NCBI RefSeq assembly: GCF_036321535.1
Contig: NC_087436.1
Location: forward strand, 75,952,001 to 76,016,000
Source: Camelus dromedarius
Lineage: Eukaryota
Length of the DNA: 64,000 nt
Direction of reading: 5' to 3'
Both the position numbers and the translations under genes were made by a program. Positions 39,916 through 53,250 of this stretch are shown in pieces. Under the pieces are notes generated by a model that saw only the letters and a program-made list of their open reading frames with translations, searched no databases and was not told the DNA's origin. Position 1 is the first letter of the stretch; every line of letters starts with the position of its first letter.

Positions 39916-41067
39916 ACACAGGTCATCAAAGGACACTTTCATTTAGTATCCTCTGCTCATGAAGGAAGGAAAGTGTGCTATATATTTTTAAATAGACAGT
40001 TACCAAACAGTTAATTTGGAATTCTCACTTATTTAGTGAATGCCTGTTATTTTACAGACCGTACTGACCAATTGAAGCACTGCTTTAGTTGGCTTTGAAC
40101 TACTACCTTAAAATTGTAAATATGAGGTATATGAAGCCATGAAGCAGTGAGAATAAGGAGAACTTTCGTGTGTAAATCAGTACCAGTTCTCTTGACACTT
40201 AGTGACTTCCATGGCTCTGACTTTTTTTTCAATACTTAACCAGGAATTTCCTCAAGAGACAGCTTACCTGCTACACAAGAGAATTTAATGCTTAATAACC
40301 CATCATTGCTGTTCTTAATGATTTACCCAAATCTGCCTTGTCTATGTTAGTCACTCACTTTATTCTCAGGATTTGGCTCTGGTTGGATTTTGGCTGTTTG
40401 CAGCAAGCAAACCCAGCCTCCAAAGATGAGGACTACTCAAAAAGCTGAAATTTTTACAGTCTGTAGTTCCAAGGCACATAACAGAAATAAAAATATTCTG
40501 ATTATAAGCCATCAAAATACAATATCCTACTGTATTTAGTTTGAGGAAGGAAGAGTGCCCTACTTAGAACCAAAAATAAAAATTGGTCAGCATTTGAAAT
40601 TTTACAATGCTTTACCAAAATCAATTAATTGTGAAAAAATGCAGCAATTGAGGTATGATCCTGGGCACAGTCTAGACATTTGTTTATGTTTTAAGTACAT
40701 GTTCCTAGTGCTTATTGTAAATATTATAGCTCCCTTCTGCCTCCCTGAAAACCAGCCATTTTTATGTTAATAATGCGAATCTCACTAAAGATAGGGATTA
40801 TTAGGATTTGGGATATATTGAATTAAAAGGCAATATATTTAGGCTATCCTTTTGGGAAATTAACTTAAGCAGTGAAATAATCCCGATTTAAGTTTCATAG
40901 TAAATCAAATGTGTAATATTTACTCTAACAACTTGGAAGAAACAGTCTGGCACCAGGAGCAAACAGTAGGAATATCTGAATTTTTTTTTGTTGTTGTTAC
41001 AGGAATATGTTTAGGTGAAGAAAAGTTGATGGCACTCAGCCATGAGGTTGCTTTTTAAAAAAAAAAA

Positions 41068-41340
41068 ATTTATTGAAGTGTAGTTGATTTACAATGTTAG
41101 TTTCAAGTGAATAGCAAAGTGATTCAGTTATACATATATATACATATATATTTTTTTCTCCCCAGATTCTTTTCCATTATATGTTATTACAAGAAATTGA
41201 ATATAGTTCCCTGTGCTATATAGTAGGCCCTTGTTGTTAACCTATTTTATATACAGTAATGTATATATGTCAATCCCTAACCCCTAATTTATCCCTCCCC
41301 ACCCTTCCCCCTTTGGTAACCATGGTTTGTTTTCTGAAGT
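41068..41340 (-). mobile_element. L1 3'UTR fragment (cetartiodactyl type)
   Basis: tttattgaagtgtagttgatttacaatg...ttgaatatagttccctgtgctatatagtagg...ccctttggtaaccat; the reverse complement resembles 62775-63113. Confidence 0.85.
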
Positions 41341-43899
41341 CACATTTTAAAGCAACATACATTGTACATTTGGTAACTAACTTTATAACTTGTAATACTT
41401 ATTTTGACAGTCTTTTGTGCCTATGAGACAGGACTAAAAGTCTTAGAATATGTTGAAATAATTTTCATTTTGGTGTAATTCCTATTTCCTTCTCAGTTTT
41501 TCTGTAGTTTGACAATGAGACTACAACGAATCTACAGAAAGTGAAACCTCTTCTCGGATTGTTGTCACTTGTAGCTTTGGAACTTAGTTTTTCCCCAGCA
41601 GGCGGTGCGGCAGAGATGAGCACATGAACTTAAATTGTGCTTCGTGCCGCTGCATGTCTAAGTTGCACTCAGTATGCTGGCGGAGAGGTCTCCTGCTGCT
41701 CTGGACCCTACACCGCTTTGTAAAGGAGGGGAAGGATGGAGAAAGAAACATTTAAGCAGTGTCAGGATGGGTTGTGAGAATATAGGAGAAAAAAGGAATT
41801 TGGATAGGTATTTTTGATCGCCTTATTTTAGTTTTATGAAGGAGTGACAACAAAGAAGTAAAACCAGTCAGTCTACACCAACCAGAAATTTCCCCAGTTG
41901 CCCGTACTTTTCAAGGGTGTATCTGAAACCATGAAGATGGGATAGATCACTGCATGTATCTCTTCTCGCTCTATTTGAAAGCATTCTTTCTTTTACTGTG
42001 CTCTCAACTCTGGCTATTTACAAATCAGAGATACAGTTTCTGGGATCCAGATTGCACCCTGGTGGTGTGTGAATATATATTTGTTTGCCTCCTTATTTTT
42101 GGGCAGTTCTACAGTGGACCGAGCCACTCTTGAATTAGCCATAGATGTGTACCCTCCTCTCCCCTCTCCATCCTCTTCCCTCCCATTTAGATCTATCTTC
42201 AGCCATCAAGTCCAGAAAAGTTGATAGGAAATTGGAGAAGGATGGCTGAGATAACTGAGTTGGGCCTTGCCCTGGAGATGATGACAGTGAACTTTATGGA
42301 GTGCTCATTACGTGTCAGGCACTATTTTAAGTCCTTTCTTTACAACAATCCTACAAAATAGACCTGTTCTTATATTATTCTTTCATAACATAACAGTATA
42401 CATATTCCTCATGTATGAGGGAGCAGAGTAGAGGATTTAGCTGTGATCTTATCAGAGACTGTTACTGGGTTAACTTTGTTAGCTGAGTATTAATTGTTCA
42501 TAGGGAGAGAATAACAATAAATAGATAAACTGAAATTATTATTAACAAAGAGGGTTTTTTGGCGATAGTTTTTTTTCCTTTCAGAGAAAAAGTCCATGAT
42601 CATGGTTCCATTTAAAATGCTGAAAAGCTAGAAACAACCTGGAGGGTCTATAGGTAAATAGTTAAACATTATACATACAGTGTTTCTTCATGTTTCTGCC
42701 AGAATTGATAGTGGACTATACTGATATCTGTAAAGGTGCATTAAAAATGGTAAGTGAAAAAACCCCACAAATTTATATCCACACTCACCATTTAAAAAGT
42801 AGATCTGCATAGCACTTTACAACGAAGACAGGCATATCTGTATCAATACAACTTTGAGAAGCTGACAAAGGGTAGACAGAGTAGGAAGTAGAAAGTGAGA
42901 ACTGTGCTTTGGAGAGCAGAGTTGGGCAGCTGGGTAAAGGAAACGATTGCTTTAGAAGACTGGGCTTAATGTAAGAATACAAAAAGAAGGTCAATTGAAG
43001 GACTTTGTCCCATTTTTAATGTTCCAGAAAACTTCCAGGAACAGAACTCTCTGCCCTAGAAATGGAGTTTGTTCCAGGGAAATTGTAGAGTAGCATTTTT
43101 CCCAAGTGCTTTTTGCAAAATTGTTTATAAAGGTTAATAGGCATTACATGTAAATAAAAGTGTAGTGAACAAATTTGGGAAATCCTAGGTTTTATAAAAT
43201 CAGATTCTTCTGTGTACCTTTTTGTGTCAGCACCTATAATATGATGAGCACCTTCCAGGTAAGGGGGGAGGCACATTATAAAGTGCAGCATTTCATAAAC
43301 TCAGCAGCCTGAGACCACAAGACTGTTTGGTTCTTGGAATAGTGTTCTGCAGAAGAAACTTTAGGAAGCATATGGGAATGTTCCTGGAGGTGTCCATGAG
43401 CAGGCATGAGGGAGCATGTTGTAGCTCTCTGTGGGTAGGGGAGTAGCTTGAGGACGTAATAAGTTAAAATATATTTTAGAGGGACTGTCCTGATGTGAGG
43501 GATGGGTGCAAGTCTTTGCCATTACCGTTTTTGCTTTTGAACACAAATTCATGAAAATAAATGCAACGGCTAAACTAAAAGCAATCTTTGTTTTTAATAT
43601 CAGCAGTACGCTCTATGGAGAAGTCAAATGGGAATCTGCGTGTGATTTGGTTCTAATCTGTTAGGATTTAAGATAAGCTCATTATAAATATGTAAAGATA
43701 CAGTATGTAGCTCTTGGCTGGTTTCAAGGAACTGGCAGATAAAATAATGGATGAAGATCATATTTGTATTCAAGTATAAGCTGATGGAATTCTCCACGTC
43801 TTCTCTCCCCGTCCCTCCTCAGCCCCACTGGATTTCCTTCCCACTCCCCACTTCAAGGTTGCCAGCGACCTGCACAACCGAGGAGAGCCAGTGGCCATT

Positions 43900-45060
43900 G
43901 TCTGTCCACAGTTCGCTGACCTCTCTGCATCACCCAGCTCAGTGGTCTGCTCGCTCCCCTGGCACTTTCTTGTTTGCTGTTCAGGTTCCTCTGCTGATTT
44001 CTGAATGTTTTATACCCGGGGCTCAGCATTGGATCACCTTTTCCTCTTCTGTCCTCTCCTTCTCAGGGATTTCCTTCAGACTTGTGCCTCTCTTGACATA
44101 CCCTCTGCGTACTGGTGACCCCCAAATCTGTTTTCTCCAGCCAAGAACTAGCCATTGTGCTCAAGACACAGATACTTGCTTGCGCTTAAATGTCTCATGG
44201 ATACCTCAAACTTTGTGTCCAAAACCAAATTCTTGACAGTCTCCTTTACTTCCCAACATATTCTTTACTCACCCTTTACTGTCTTTACGTGTTAATGACA
44301 GTACCGTCCATCCAGTTTTCCTCTCCAATCTCTAATTCTGCCACTTCTGTTTTCCCTGCTGCAGCGCCGTCCAGACCACCACAATTTTAACTTGAGTCAC
44401 TACAATTTCCTCTTCCCTGATCTCCCCACTTTTGCAGCCTCCTCGTATTTTCCTACATAGCAGTCAGTTATCTTTTTGAAATGTAAATTTGATCATGACA
44501 ATTTAAGTAAGTCATAACATTTTGAATAAAGCCTTGCCCCAGCTCCACACTGCACACTGAATTTAGAACGAAATCCAAACTTCTTATCATGGCCTTAACG
44601 AGACCTTCACCATCTGGTCCTTACCCCTCCCTTTCCTGCCTCGTCTGGTCCAGTGTTCCCCTTGCTCCCTGTGCTCTAAGCACATGGGCCTACTTTCAGT
44701 CCCTCAAGCATGCCAGCCTCTTTCTTGACTTGGTCCTCACACATGCCGTGGCTTCCACTTGGAGCAGCCGTCTGTCTGTCCTTTGCACGGCCAGCTCCTT
44801 CTCATGTAGCTGCCCAGACACTCGTCTCCTCAGGGAGGCCTCGGCTGACCGTCCAGAGTGGTGTCACGCACCCCTGCCCGCTGCCCCGCGACTTGCACCT
44901 CTGCTTTGTTACTTAAGAGCACCGGTCACAGCTTACGTTTACTCAGGCTCTCTGAACTCCTGAAGGCAGAGACCATGTTTATTTTATTCACCAACGTATG
45001 CCCAGTGGACAGCATGTAGAAAAGTGCCCTGAGAAATGTTCTGTTGAATCGAGAAAATGT
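43900..45060 (+). mobile_element. L2 fragment ending in its 3' terminus
   Basis: Pyrimidine-rich L2-like sequence (aaatccaaacttcttatcatggcctt; ctcctgaaggcagagaccatgtt...ttcacc; ctgttgaat end). Confidence 0.7.
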
Positions 45061-45184
45061 GAGTGGCTGAATTCTGAGCTGAAGACATCTCCAGATGTAA
45101 AGGGTTTCTTTTTCTATGTAACTTGATTGTGTTCTGAATGTACTGGTGTGTGTGTAGCCACAGCTGGGCGCTCAGAGTAGTCAC

Positions 45185-46480
45185 TGTTTTATTCAACAAA
45201 GATTGAGCACAGTGCGAGGGTAGAAATGATTGATACACGAGGTAAATGATAAATAAGGCCTGTATCTCGAGCTCATAATTGAGTAGGGAAAACAGACAAG
45301 TAAGCAAATAATTGTCATACGGTGAAGCTACAATTAAGGCTTGTACCAGGTTCATCAGGGGCACCATATATGGGTATTTTTTGAGGGGTGCCTCCGAAGG
45401 GCTGTGACATGGGCTGGGTCTTGAAATACAGCCGAGCACACTTGGCAAGTCAGTGGGAGTGGGAGTGCTGGAAGGACTGCGGACTGCGGTCCTGTGTTAC
45501 AACGGCAGCGAGAGGTTAAAACAGCGAAGTGCTCCTTGCTGCCTGAATTGATTAGTTTCCTGTTTCTGATAGCAAACCTTAAGGGCTTAGATAGCAAGAG
45601 AGCTCAAAAAAAAAAAAAAAAAACAAAAAACAAAACCAAACCTTTATCCAAATCAATGCCGTGCCTGAGTTTGAGCAGGGAGAGTTCAGGTGTGGCTATA
45701 ATGACAAATACCTGGGGGAGACAGCAGAGTTTGAGGCTAAGGATGTTGTAGGACAGAATCCATAGAAGGGCCCCCGGGCTGGGCTGAGGGTTGGGACTTT
45801 AGAGAGACGCTGAAAGGTTTTCAACAGTAGCCACGTGATGAGTGTTTCAGAAGTCATTCTGGTGGCAGCATAGAGGGGCGGTTTGCGGGACATGGGACTG
45901 GAGGCAGACAGCTGAGTTCAGCGGCTGAAGAGCTGCTAGATGAGGATAAGGAGGGAATGAAATCAACAGCCGGCAGAGGGACAGGAGGGAACGGCTTCCA
46001 GAGACTAAAAATACTTGTTTGGTAGGAAGAGGGAAGATGATTTCCAGATTTCTGCTAGTTTGCAGAACTTGGTAGATGAAAGTGTTCACGAATTTAGAGG
46101 GAACTGGTGAGGAGCACATTTTAAGAGGAAAGATCTCTTTTGAAATCACTGAGCTGGAAGTAATGGTAGGATATACATATTCATGATAAGTATTAGATGA
46201 ATAGGGCAGATGAGTATTTAAGGTTATATATTAGAGATCCAGTCATTACGGTGTAAATGGCAATTAACACACAAGTAGTTAGGACCCAGGGAAGGGCATG
46301 CAGAGAGAGAGAGAGAAACAGCCAAGGACAGAACCCTGGGGAACACACATGTTTAAGATGTTAGTGAAAGAGAAGTCTCTACAAATATAACCAAGAGGGA
46401 ATGGTCAGAGGTGAGAGGAAAACAGTGCTGACTTTGAAAGGGAAGGAAATCACTCAGAGGTGCCCTATGCCACAGGGACC
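45185..46480 (-). mobile_element. L2 fragment, antisense
   Basis: Begins tttattcaacaaagattgagcac and includes ccaaggacagaaccctggggaacacacatgtttaag, both typical antisense L2 motifs. Confidence 0.65.
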
Positions 46481-47523
46481 ACTGTGTTAATCATGGGAAA
46501 GCAATGGTCCTTCCATCATAAGCTAATTAGTTTCCATGACTAAAGACTACTTCCAATCCTAGCTAAGTGTTTTGAAAATATCTGATCTTACAGGAGGAGA
46601 AGGGATGAATGGATATGTGGTTGGATCAATTCAAATTGTTCCCTACCTCTGGAAAATCGATATAATACACCAATGTATTGAGAGAGCATTATATTTTCAT
46701 GTAAATATGCTATCTATATATACCCAACAATGAAATTGCAAAGCAATGTATTTGTTTGATGGAATTTTATTACCTATCATACAGTCAACATACCGACAGT
46801 TGAGGGTTTTATTTTTGTTTTGTTTTTTTTAAGAGGGAGTGTGCTTTTAATGTAACATATAGTAGTGTGTGATGGTTAAGGGAAGAGGTGTCATCTGGGG
46901 AAGGCAGATGTCCTTGGTATGGCCTCAGTTCAGGACCTGGTCCTTAGCTTTGATCAGGCTCTGGGGATACACTCATGCTAACCCAACTCATAAGACACTT
47001 GTTTACAAAACAAAAAAAAAAACAAACCCAAATGCCAATTTTAAAAATTACAGTGAAACATATAGCTAAGCAGATAAGCTATTCATGCTTGTTGATCTCT
47101 GTAGGAAAACTTTATAACAGAGTTGAAATATAAAAAGAAGATTGTTAGGTAAGCATGGAATCTGAGCAGGGCATTTGGCTGGATAATCTTATTTTGAAAT
47201 GGGGGAGAAAATTTGCTTGTGTGTTATATTCAGAGTCCTGTTCTGGACGCTATAAATCAGACAGCTGTCAGTGAGGGTCTGTTATGAGTAGGTGATGTGT
47301 GGGATACAGAGACAAGTAAGTCTGTCTTTTCTGAAGGACCTGTTCATCGACTTGTGGCCAAGTGCATTCCCTAAGCCTAAGGACAAAGAGCTACCAGTAT
47401 GTCTTCCTCCAAGGGAACTGCTATGCGTGCTCTGTAATGCTCTGTGTCAGTACATACTGTTTACTGGCAAATGGTTTTTGAAATGCACTGGAATGATATA
47501 ATCATTTTGCTTTGACTCTTCAG

Positions 47524-48926
47524 GTTCTCCTGAAAAGAAAATTGAACATTCATCCATGAATCAGGAAAACAGCACTGCAAATGCTATCAAGAATAGAAAA
47601 GCAAGCCCAGTATCTAAAGACCACCGGACTGGAAAGAAAACCTCAGATAATTTGTCAGTACACGGTCAGGTGCCAAAGGCGAATGATGAATCTGAAAGTG
47701 ATTTTGAATCAGACCCCCCTTCTCCTAAGAGCAGTGAAGAGGAGGAGCAAGATGATGAAGAAGTTCTCCAGGGGGAACAAGGAGATTTTAATGATGATGA
47801 TACTGAACCGGAAAATCTGGGTCACAGGCCTCTCCTCATGGATTCAGAAGATGAGGAGGAGGAAGAGAAGCACAGCTCGGATTCTGATTACGAGCAGGCC
47901 AAAGCCAAGTACAGCGACTTGAGCCCTCGCTACAGAGACGGGTCTGGCAGCAGCCCGCTCCCAGATCCTGGTGTAACACTCCTCGCGCCAGCCCAGTTCC
48001 CCTCGGATGCTAGAGCCGAGGCTCCCAAGCCCGAGTTTGATGTATTTGGCGCCGTCCCCTTCTTTGCAGCACGTGCGCAACAGCCCCAACAGGGCGGCCA
48101 GGGGAAGGACCTCTCCCCTGGGCCCCGGCTTCCCGCGGGGGGACTCGAGCCGGAGGAGTTTGATGTCTTCACCAAGGCGCCCTTCAGCAGGAAGGTGACC
48201 GTCCCCGACGGCCGCGCTGTCCCCGCCTGTCCCCAGAGTGTCGATATCTTTGGCTCGACTCCATTCCAGCCCTTCTCCACGGCCACGAGCAGAAGCGACA
48301 GCCACGAGGACCTTTTCGGGCTGGTGCCCTTTGAGGAAATAACTGGGAGTCAGCAGCCAAAAGTCAAACAGCGGAGTTTACAGAAACTCTCCTCCCGCCA
48401 GAGGCGCACGAAGCCGGAGGTGGCCAAGAGCAACGGGAAGCGGCATCACGGCACCCCTACGGGCGCCAAGAAGCCGGCCAAGCCGGCCTACCGCACCCCG
48501 GAGAGGGCCCGCCGGCACCGCCGGGTGGGCCGCCGGGACTCCCAGAGCAGCAACGAGTTCCTGACCATCTCGGACTCCAAGGAGAACATCAGCGTCGCTC
48601 TGACGGATGGCAAGGACAGAGGGCACGGCCTGCAGCCCGAGGAGAGTCTGCTGGACCCCTTCGGGGCCAAGCCCTTCCACCCCCCAGACCTGCCATGGCA
48701 CCCCCCTCACCAGGGCCGGAGCGACAACCCCGTCCTGCCCGGGCGGCCCAGGCCGAATTCACTGCATGGGGCCTTCCACGGGGCCGAGGCATTGAAAATG
48801 GATGATTTTGGGGCCGTGCCCTTCACAGAACTCGTGGTGCAGAGCATCCCTCCACATCAGTCCCAACAGCCCCAGCCAGTTGAACTGGACCCGTTCGGTG
48901 CTGCTCCGTTTCCTTCTAAACAGTAG
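47524..48926 (+). CDS. BMP2K: BMP2K terminal coding exon (long isoform): acidic block, D-x-F-G-x-x-P-F repeats and basic region, ending DPFGAAPFPSKQ*
   Basis: gactcttcag acceptor at 47523. The frame includes the 456-aa ORF 47556-48926, recognisable as the BIKE C-terminal domain. Confidence 0.97.
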
Positions 48927-51900
48927 AGACTTCCGGCAGACTCTTGGTATTAACTCCTGTTTCCAAAAAAAGAGTAGGCATAGTTTTATGAATTTGAAAG
49001 AAAATTTATTTGTATAGCTCTTTATATCATCCATTCTTATAGATCAATCAGAATAGGTGATTTTTAAATAAACCAAATAGAAAAAGGAAGGGTCTGCACA
49101 GGGTCGCGACTCCATGTCCCTCCCACGCAGGAGCAAAGGGAGCGAAATGGCAAAGCCTAACCCAGGGTTTCAGCTACTGACGGGACAGCACGGAAATCCG
49201 GGGAAAGCATGGCCCCTTTCCAGTCGGGCAGCCCCTGAAAGGCTGGGACTGGACGGCTGTGACATTCTTTTTCTAACTGAGTGTCACATTTGTGTGCATG
49301 TCCCAGGCTCATTCCAGAATCCAGCATTTAAAACCAAGGTTATTTGTACATATACAAGCTGCATTTGTGGACTTTTTTTTTTTAAGGTCTCTTCTAATTT
49401 CCACATGGTAAAACAAGCAAAACAAAAATCAAGTTCTCATGAAGAATGAGAAAATTATAATCTGGAGAATGCAGTCCTTACACCTTTCTCTACAAAGCAG
49501 AGCCAGAAGTCACTGACTGTTGTGCCTAAAACTGTTTCATTAAAAAAAAAAAAAGTGCCATTAATACGGAATATCTATGTGGAAGCCTAGAAAATAAATA
49601 TAAATATCTGACCGGTGGAAAAACATAAAAGAAAAAAAAAAAACAAGAGAAAAAAACACTCAGTACTTAAGGAACACTTTATGTTCTGTTTTTTGAATAA
49701 TGGCTTCTTGCTCAAAACTTTATCATGTCCCTAAGAAAGCAGATTATTGGAAAAACTGGGAGTGAGGACAAGGGTTATATAGAAATTTTCTTTTAGGAGA
49801 AAATATGTAGCTGAAACCCTGAGTTTGTGAGACGTTTACAGTGTAAAATCATGTTGCATTTACTAATGTACTTTATTAAATTACCACCTTCACCAACTAG
49901 TCCCCAAGTCATGAGCAGCAATTTTTTAGTTCGGTCTGGAGGGTGGAGTAGTTTTAATAAAGTGCACAGAACAGTGGAACCCACAAAGCCTTACTGGCGG
50001 GACTCGCACATCCTGCTGCAAGTACCTCTGCACTAACACGAGATCTCAGAGTGGCCGTAGGTGGCAGGTGATGAGCGACTAGCATCTGAACTCTGCTAGT
50101 TAGTTGATTGTCTTTAGCGAAAAGAACCCAGCTACCAAATTGCCTTTTTTTTACATCACAAATCCTAATTAGAAACTTGAGATTTTATAGAAATTGTTTA
50201 ATAAGATAGAAATGACATATATGAATTAATGTGAATATGGTATCTGTGCTTCCTGTGTCTCCATTTTAAGTTATAATTTACTGTCCTTCCTTATCAAATT
50301 AACGTTTAGAAGTTACTAGAACCCTTAAAGCTATTTACAAAAAGGAGTGGAAACTATTATCAACTGGCATTCTCTTTGATTGCTCTATTTTAAATTAACT
50401 CTCTTTGAGCCCAATTAAAATGTATTTTATGCGTAACCTTATTAGACTCTCTTAATTATAATGCCCCAGTTGGGATGAGTTATTTGCCTGTTTCCACACA
50501 CAGATCTACACTTGGAAAGCAGCAAAGTATATGTAACTAAACTGTATCTTTTTTTTTTATCACTTCTCTTTTCTCTTTTATGTTTTAAATCAGATACACA
50601 TTTGTAGACAACCGGGAAGCAATATGTGAATCACAGCGTAGCAGAGGCAGACCAGGCATGTCATTACTGCGTAAAGTTGTACTTTTCGAGCCCGACTGCA
50701 CCAGTTACTTGTCCTTGTGCCAAAGGCAAATCTTATGTTTGCACCTTTTTTTTTTCTGATTCTCAGGTCGATTAATCCTGCTAATGCAAATGCTCAAGTA
50801 GATCTTTAAAACTTTACAAAGTAGATTCAAGTGATAACTTTCTTTTAAAAGTGAAGTTGATGATTACACATAGTAAATTCATGAACTACAGTAGGTTTGT
50901 ATCAAACAATTTTTTAAAAGCAAAAATCCGTTGGTTAACGTATACCCAGTATGATTCTTTGACTATTTTAGTCCTTAGCCTTGGTCTCTGCTAGACCTCA
51001 TGAGTTTCATAATTTAGAAGGGGTCTCTTTGGGATGTAAACACGAAACACCTAAAGTCCATCTGATACCAAGGCCTTGCTTACACTTGTTTCTCAATACA
51101 CTGAATAATTTTAAATGATGTAGACACTGATAGACACTTTGGCTTATAATGCTGGATAAATTCTAAGGAAACACTCTGACATAGCTTAAAATCTTTACGT
51201 TCTTAAGTTTATTATATCACACCCCAGTGACTTTCCTTTTGAGATTATAGCTCAGAGAAAACATTTAGGACTTAGTAGGGGATCCAATGGGATAGAAATG
51301 GGGAGATTCCTTTGTGTTGAAGTAGAGGCATTTTCCCAAGGAGTAGAGAATTAGGGTTGCTTTTCATTCCCCATCATGTTCTCTCCTACTTCTGTTAGGA
51401 TGGAGGTCACTCCACAGCTGATGCCCAGGTAATCCCCTTATGAGAATTATGAGAATAAAGCTCCGAAGTCATATGAAGGAGCTTAATATGTACTTGCACA
51501 CAGCCCTCAGTAAAGGTTTGGCTCTATTTTGGGGTGGTCCAATTCTTGTTCAAGGAAGGAAAGTTGAAAAGAAATTATGTTCCTATTAATCAGGTGTCCT
51601 CTGAGCTTCTTTAGCATGTAAAGTAGTCAAAACTCTAAACCTGCAATACTTGAACATCACTAAGGGAAGTAAAGTATTATGAAGCTAGCAAAAGTCTGAG
51701 GCCAAAGTTATTTCTGTCCTAACAGCTTTAAGAATGCCTGTTGATTTTTAAATCATCTTTTAAAAAGTGGACCACTTGCTTAATTATTTTAATATTATCA
51801 CTTCAGCAAAATGTTAGTGTTAAAAGATCAGCTTCTATGGCATTGAGGAATGTATGTGCTAACACACAAAAGTTGCTTGGTATGTGTATTAGGTGGAGGA

Positions 51901-53250
51901 GGAAAGGTGGTAGGCTGGATGAAGGTTTAACTAACTAGAATATTTATTGAGAAGTATCCATTGGGAAAGAGTGTAATTCTTCCACTGACACACCTCACCC
52001 CTCCCTGTGTGTGTGTCCCCGGGCACAGTTATGACATTATTTGGAACTGTAGATAGACACAGCTTTTGATCCTACCCTGATTATTGCCTGACAGCGACAG
52101 ACTGTTTTGTCCTCGTCTTGCTGGTGGGAAATACTGAGGTGGAGCCCACTCCTCCAGGCTGGCGAGCAGCAGGCGGAGTCGTTTCCCTGCTCTTCAGCTT
52201 ATTCTCTGCTTGGTTTATTTTAGGATTTGGTACTTCATGTCAGCATTGCTAGAAGGTACACGTGTATTATCACTGGGTCTGAGGATTTGGGGTACATTTG
52301 TTTTAATATGTAGAATGTGCAGTAAGCTTTTTCTTGTCCTTTGTCTTTTTTTTTTTTTAGCACAATTACTTATCATTTTAGGTCCAATATTGAGCTGACA
52401 GATCTACTGTGAGAATGAGATGACATATCTACTGTGAGAATAACGTGATAGTTTATTTGAAAACTTATACACAGTGGTGTTTATATATTAAGGTAAATGT
52501 ATAAACACGCATGCATGCACACAGCACATCTCTCTACCGTGGAATTAATGTGAATTTTTAAATTTTAAATGGAATTGCAACCACAATCATTACTAAAAGA
52601 ACATTCACTCCTAGTGAGGGTTGACAAAAGCCACTAAAAGAATAAGGTAGGCAGATGAAAATGCAAAGGGCCACCATTTGGGGTTATTTTTATTTAAAAA
52701 TTTATTGTGCTACTTTTGAAAGAGAATTGTTTTTATTACTACGTTCTTTTTGTGATTGAAAAGTCATTGAATAGTAAGCAGTCTAGTAACAGTAAGCTAC
52801 TTTTTAATTGCTGGCAAACAGCTTTAAGTGCACTTTCTTTGATTACACTTCCATTTTTTGTTAAACTTGAATTTTCTGAAGCCTTTTATGTACCACTAAG
52901 CAAATAACTTTAACTTTTAATAAACCTGATTTACATCTTTATTATATTTCTAATTGTTAAAAACATACTTTCTAAAGCTAATTTCAATCCTCAGATATAG
53001 CTGTTAGGAAACTGTTATGACATAGAACCAGTTTTTGTTTTTTTTTTGTCCTATATCTAATTAAGCACTAACTGATTTTACTAGTATGTTGCCTTTACAT
53101 TGCTTATTCTTATTGACTGAATTCTGTCCCTCATTCACTTTGTTTTGTTTGAAATTTAAAGTTATTTTCTTACTGTATTTATCATACCTACTGTTTTTAA
53201 TAGTCTGCTTCCTTTAAATGCAATAAATCCCAAATGGATTGCATATTCTT
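48927..53250 (+). other. BMP2K: BMP2K long-isoform 3'UTR (end inferred)
   Basis: Repeat-poor AU-rich sequence after the stop. AATAAA at 52919 and 53222; a Pumilio-type TGTACATA at 49345. Confidence 0.6.
53222..53227 (+). terminator. BMP2K: Candidate distal poly(A) signal of BMP2K
   Basis: AATAAA with T-rich upstream and downstream flanks. Confidence 0.55.

Noticed and set aside
42053..42065. Second CTCF-like sequence (CCACCAGGGTGCA on -)
   Set aside because: It mismatches at a core G position and cannot be supported without a PWM score or ChIP data.
43751..45448. ORFs of 161, 124 and 154 aa
   Set aside because: They lie within decayed L2 sequence and show no coding signature or homology I can recognise.
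47850..47920. FFAT-like motif after the acidic tract (SDSDYEQAKA)
   Set aside because: It is a poor match to the EFFDAxE core.
47581..48795. Several overlapping and antisense ORFs of 60-153 aa over the BMP2K terminal exon
   Set aside because: These are expected shadow ORFs from high GC content and stop-codon scarcity, with no recognisable protein or splice structure.
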